Assembly: GCF_006345805.1 (NCBI RefSeq)
Contig: NC_043011.1
Coordinates: 12,090,001 to 12,154,000 of the forward strand
Source: Octopus sinensis
Taxonomy: Eukaryota
Reading direction: 5' to 3'
DNA length: 64,000 nt
In this document: positions 60,511-64,000 of the stretch, in pieces
Numbering within the stretch: position 1 is the first letter of the stretch
Layout of the letters: each line of letters begins with the position of its first letter
Notes under the pieces: generated by a model
Databases searched by the model: none
What the model was told of the DNA's origin: nothing
Seen by the model: only the letters and a program-made list of their open reading frames with translations
Position numbers and translations under genes: made by a program

Positions 60511-61739
60511 TAAAATAAAATTCTCAATAATGAAAGAAATAATGGTGATATCACGTTTATTAATTAGTCATGATCGTTATGGTAGCTGGTGGAATTGTTA
60601 CAGCAAACAACATACCGAATCATACATGCAAAAATTATGAAAGCTTTATGAAGGTGATATAAGTCCATTCAATATGGAAAGAAAATACCACCAATCACCT
60701 CTTCATGTCTATCTACAACATAATACAGCATATATAGGTATATACATCATATATGTTTAAAAGCTTTAGCAAAAACTAAGTGATAAAGTCACAAGAAAGA
60801 TTGTTTTTAAGTTATTAACTATTTTGAAAAATTAAAAAATCAGAATATCACAAACCTTTGTTTTTTATATGGACCAATCCATATAGAGAAGTTTTTTTTT
60901 AGTAACCTTGACTATTTCTGGTTTAGTTTCAGATTTAGAATTCTTATAAAATATTCTTCTTTTGCTTTTCATAGTTGATAATTTTCGTCTTATATTTTGT
61001 AAAAGGAGAATATTTTGAATTCTCCATTTGTACAAATGTCTAGATTTTTTACTGCATAGAACATTTCTTAGAGGTGAATCATTAATTTATTGTTTCTGTA
61101 CATTCACATGATTATGTAGTTTTGTTCCTGTTTCTTCAATGTAATTCTTATTGCATTATGGGCATATGGCACGTACAAGGGCACCATTCGAGCGTGATCG
61201 TTACCAATGTCGCTTCACTAGCACCTGTGCCGGTGGCACCTGTAAAAAGATTTGAGCGAGGTCATTGCCCGTACCACCTGACTGGCCCCCATGCCGGTGG
61301 CACGTAAAAAGCACCCACTACACTCTCGGAGTGGTTGGTGTTAGGAAGGGCATCCAACTGTAGAAACTCTGCCAGATCAAGACTGGAGCCTGGTGCAGCC
61401 ATCTGGCTCGTCAGCCCTCAGTCAAAATCATCCAACCCATACTAGCATGGAAAGCGGATGTTAAACAATGATGATGATGATGCTGTAAATGAAACTTTTT
61501 GTTTTTCAGTTCATGTTTGCATTCACTTTTATTTCCTTCCCAATTCTTGTATCTTTTAGTTGTTCCTTGTTTAGTTATTTCACATGTCCCCCAACAAGAG
61601 TCTTTACAGTTTATTACCTGTGTTATTTCTTCCTCCAATGTGAATCTCATTTTTCTTAGGAGTCTGTTGAGATTTGGTGGTTCTCTTTGGCTGTTGATGG
61701 TTTGTGATTTTTTTAATTATTTGTCAGGGAGTTGATGAC

Positions 61740-62730
61740 TGGTGTAGAATTGGAAGGTATCATTTGGCTAAATGTAGAATGTGGTTCTTAGGATTATGGG
61801 TGACTACAATAGAATATTTATACTTGTATTTTGTTTTCACCCTCGGTATGATTGTTTCTCCGTAAAGCAGAGAGACTGGAATTTCTTTTGCTTTGGTTAT
61901 AGCATGATTTCTTAGGTTTTTGGCATATTTCTGTTTTTGAAGGTATGTATTTAGTTCTACCAGTCATTTCTCTGTTTTTCTTTAGTCCTTTTTAAATTGG
62001 TCCATTTACTCATCGTTTCTACATATAAATGTTTTGGATTATATTTTTCTTAAGCCAAAACAATGTAAGTTATTAAAATAATATAAGTTGATAGTTTTAC
62101 ATGATATTTCAGCATTTCAGAATTAGGACCCCTTCCCCAATTGTGTTTGTAACTATTGAGCATAAACTTATGGTCATACTGAATGTTATGTTCCTTTTTG
62201 TGTGAGAAAGGTGCCAATGGTGTATGTTTGTGTCCTTGCAGTAGAGATCAGTTGTAATTGTCTCATTTTCGTTAATTATCAGTCTGTCCTGGAAAAGAAA
62301 GTTTCCTTTCATTCACTTCCATAGTGAACTGAATCAATTCATGAATGCCATTTATTAATTTAAATCTTGGAAAGTTCTCCTGAATTTTGTTCCAAAATAT
62401 AAAGCAGCTATCTAAGAATCTTTTTCAGTTCTCTGTTAAGTAAGATTAGAATTGTTAACAAAAGTAATTCCAGACAAGGTATAGATTTGTTTTCTTTCAG
62501 GAATCCCATTACTCATTCTCTCTCTTTCTTTTCTCTCTTTTACTTGTTTCAGTCATTTGACTGCTACCATGCTGGAGCACCGCCTTTAGTCGAGCAAATC
62601 AACCCCGAGACTTATTCTTTGTAAGCCCAGTACTTATTCTATCGGTCTCTTTTGCCGAACCGCTAAGTTACGGGGACGTAAACACACCAGCATCGGTTGT
62701 CAAGCAATGCTAGGGGGACAAACACAAACT

Positions 62731-62778
<48 letters not shown>

Positions 62779-63500
62779 CATACATATATACAACAGGCTT
62801 CTTTCAGTTTCCGTCTACCAACTCCACTCACAAGGCATTGGTCAGCCCGGGGCTATAGAAGAAGACTCTTGCCCAAGATGCCACGCAGTGGGCCTGAACC
62901 CAGAACCATGTGGTTGGTCACTTTGCCATACCTTGTATTTGTAGGTTATATTGGTTATCAAAGAAGTAGTAGCTGTTTTCCAGTACCAACTGCAATCCTT
63001 CAACTCTTTTGGGAAATCTCTGCTGAATTCCTTGTGGGCATTTGTCTATCCAAGAGTTCTACTGCTTCTTATCCTTATAATCATTATCGATGGGATATAT
63101 TTATGTAGAGTCTGATTATGTCAGAACCTTCATGTAGGAAGTCCATGTTTCATCTGTTGAAACTTGGGACCAATTTGCACAAAGGTTTCATGATTATATC
63201 AAGCAAATCGCTTAATTGTTGAGTGCTAGATGTTGGCACTGCAACAATTGAACATAATTTAAGATCAGATGGTTTGGAAATCTTCACATATGGTGTATGG
63301 AGGTCCTTTAAGCTGTTATTTCAGATTTATGAACTTTTGGAAGTCCATAAAAGTTACTTGTTTGTATCTGAAAATTATTGAGGTGATTTATTAGGTTTTT
63401 GGTATATTTCTGTTTTTGAAAGTATGTATTTAGTTCTACCAGTCATTTCTCTCTGTTTTTCTTTAGTCCTTTTTTAATTGGTCATAGTTTCTATATATAA
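61740..63500 (-). mobile_element. Highly decayed Penelope-like RT remnants, interrupted by a SINE at ~62533-62919
   Basis: FQDRLIINENETITTDLYCKDTN..HLSHTKRNITFS (62109-62312); SDLLDIIMKPL-type segment at ~63150-63290; local duplicated block at ~61910-62050 and ~63390-63510. Confidence 0.6.
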
Positions 63501-64000
63501 ATGTTTTGGGTTACATTTTTCTTTACTCATAGTTTCATCATGATCGTCATCATCGTTGTTTAACGTCTGCTTTCCATGCTAGCATGGGTTGGACGATTTT
63601 GACTGAGGGCTGGCGAACCAGATAGCTGCACCAAGCTCCAATCTTGATCTGGCGCATTGAGAAAGTACTCTCGTGTCTAAAATGCAGCCAACCCATGAAC
63701 TAACAACACACGCACCATGTGTATGTTTGTTTGATTTTGTTTACAAATATATATCATCATCGTTTAACATCTGTTTTCCATGCTGATATGGGTTGGACGA
63801 TTTTGACTGAGGGTTGTCGAACCAGATGGCTGCACCAGGCTCCAATCTTGATCTGGCAGAGTTTCTACAGCTGGATGCCCTTCCTAATGCCAACCACTCT
63901 GAGAATGTAGTGGGTGCTTTTATATAAATGTTTTGGGTTATATTTTGCTTAAGCCAAAACAATGTTAAGTTATTAAAATAATTTAAGCTGATAGTATTAC

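Noticed and set aside
53932-64000. Search for the next coding exon after the RRM (expected phase 0)
   Set aside because: No convincing acceptor/ORF/donor combination found by eye; the exon probably lies beyond the window

Overview
AT-rich, repeat-dense animal genomic DNA. The repeat spectrum (tRNA-derived SINEs, (GAT)n-tailed RTE-related elements, Penelope-like elements, long (TA)n tracts) suggests an octopod cephalopod; this is an inference. The window lies inside one + strand protein-coding gene that the ORF track misses. Seven internal exons (4807-4857, 11402-11492, 13334-13438, 34926-35016, 42953-43064, 48562-48651, 53829-53931; 643 nt, all GT-AG, all phases compatible) splice into a continuous frame encoding TPR repeats, a UBA domain, a linker and an RRM (TTC31-like). 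Start and stop lie outside the window. The introns hold decayed Penelope-like (RT + GIY-YIG), RTE and CR1 retroelements, four SINE-like families, Tc1/mariner, piggyBac-like, 8-bp-TSD MITE and Helitron derivatives, and a ~2.8 kb (TA)n/TGCA array. The most striking unannotated signal is a set of minimal type I hammerhead-ribozyme motifs: nine copies in five sequence families, read by eye. Two families sit in long fold-back structures that pair each ribozyme with its own antisense copy. Ribozyme activity, expression and novelty cannot be established from sequence alone. Repeat boundaries are approximate unless a target-site duplication (TSD) is quoted.
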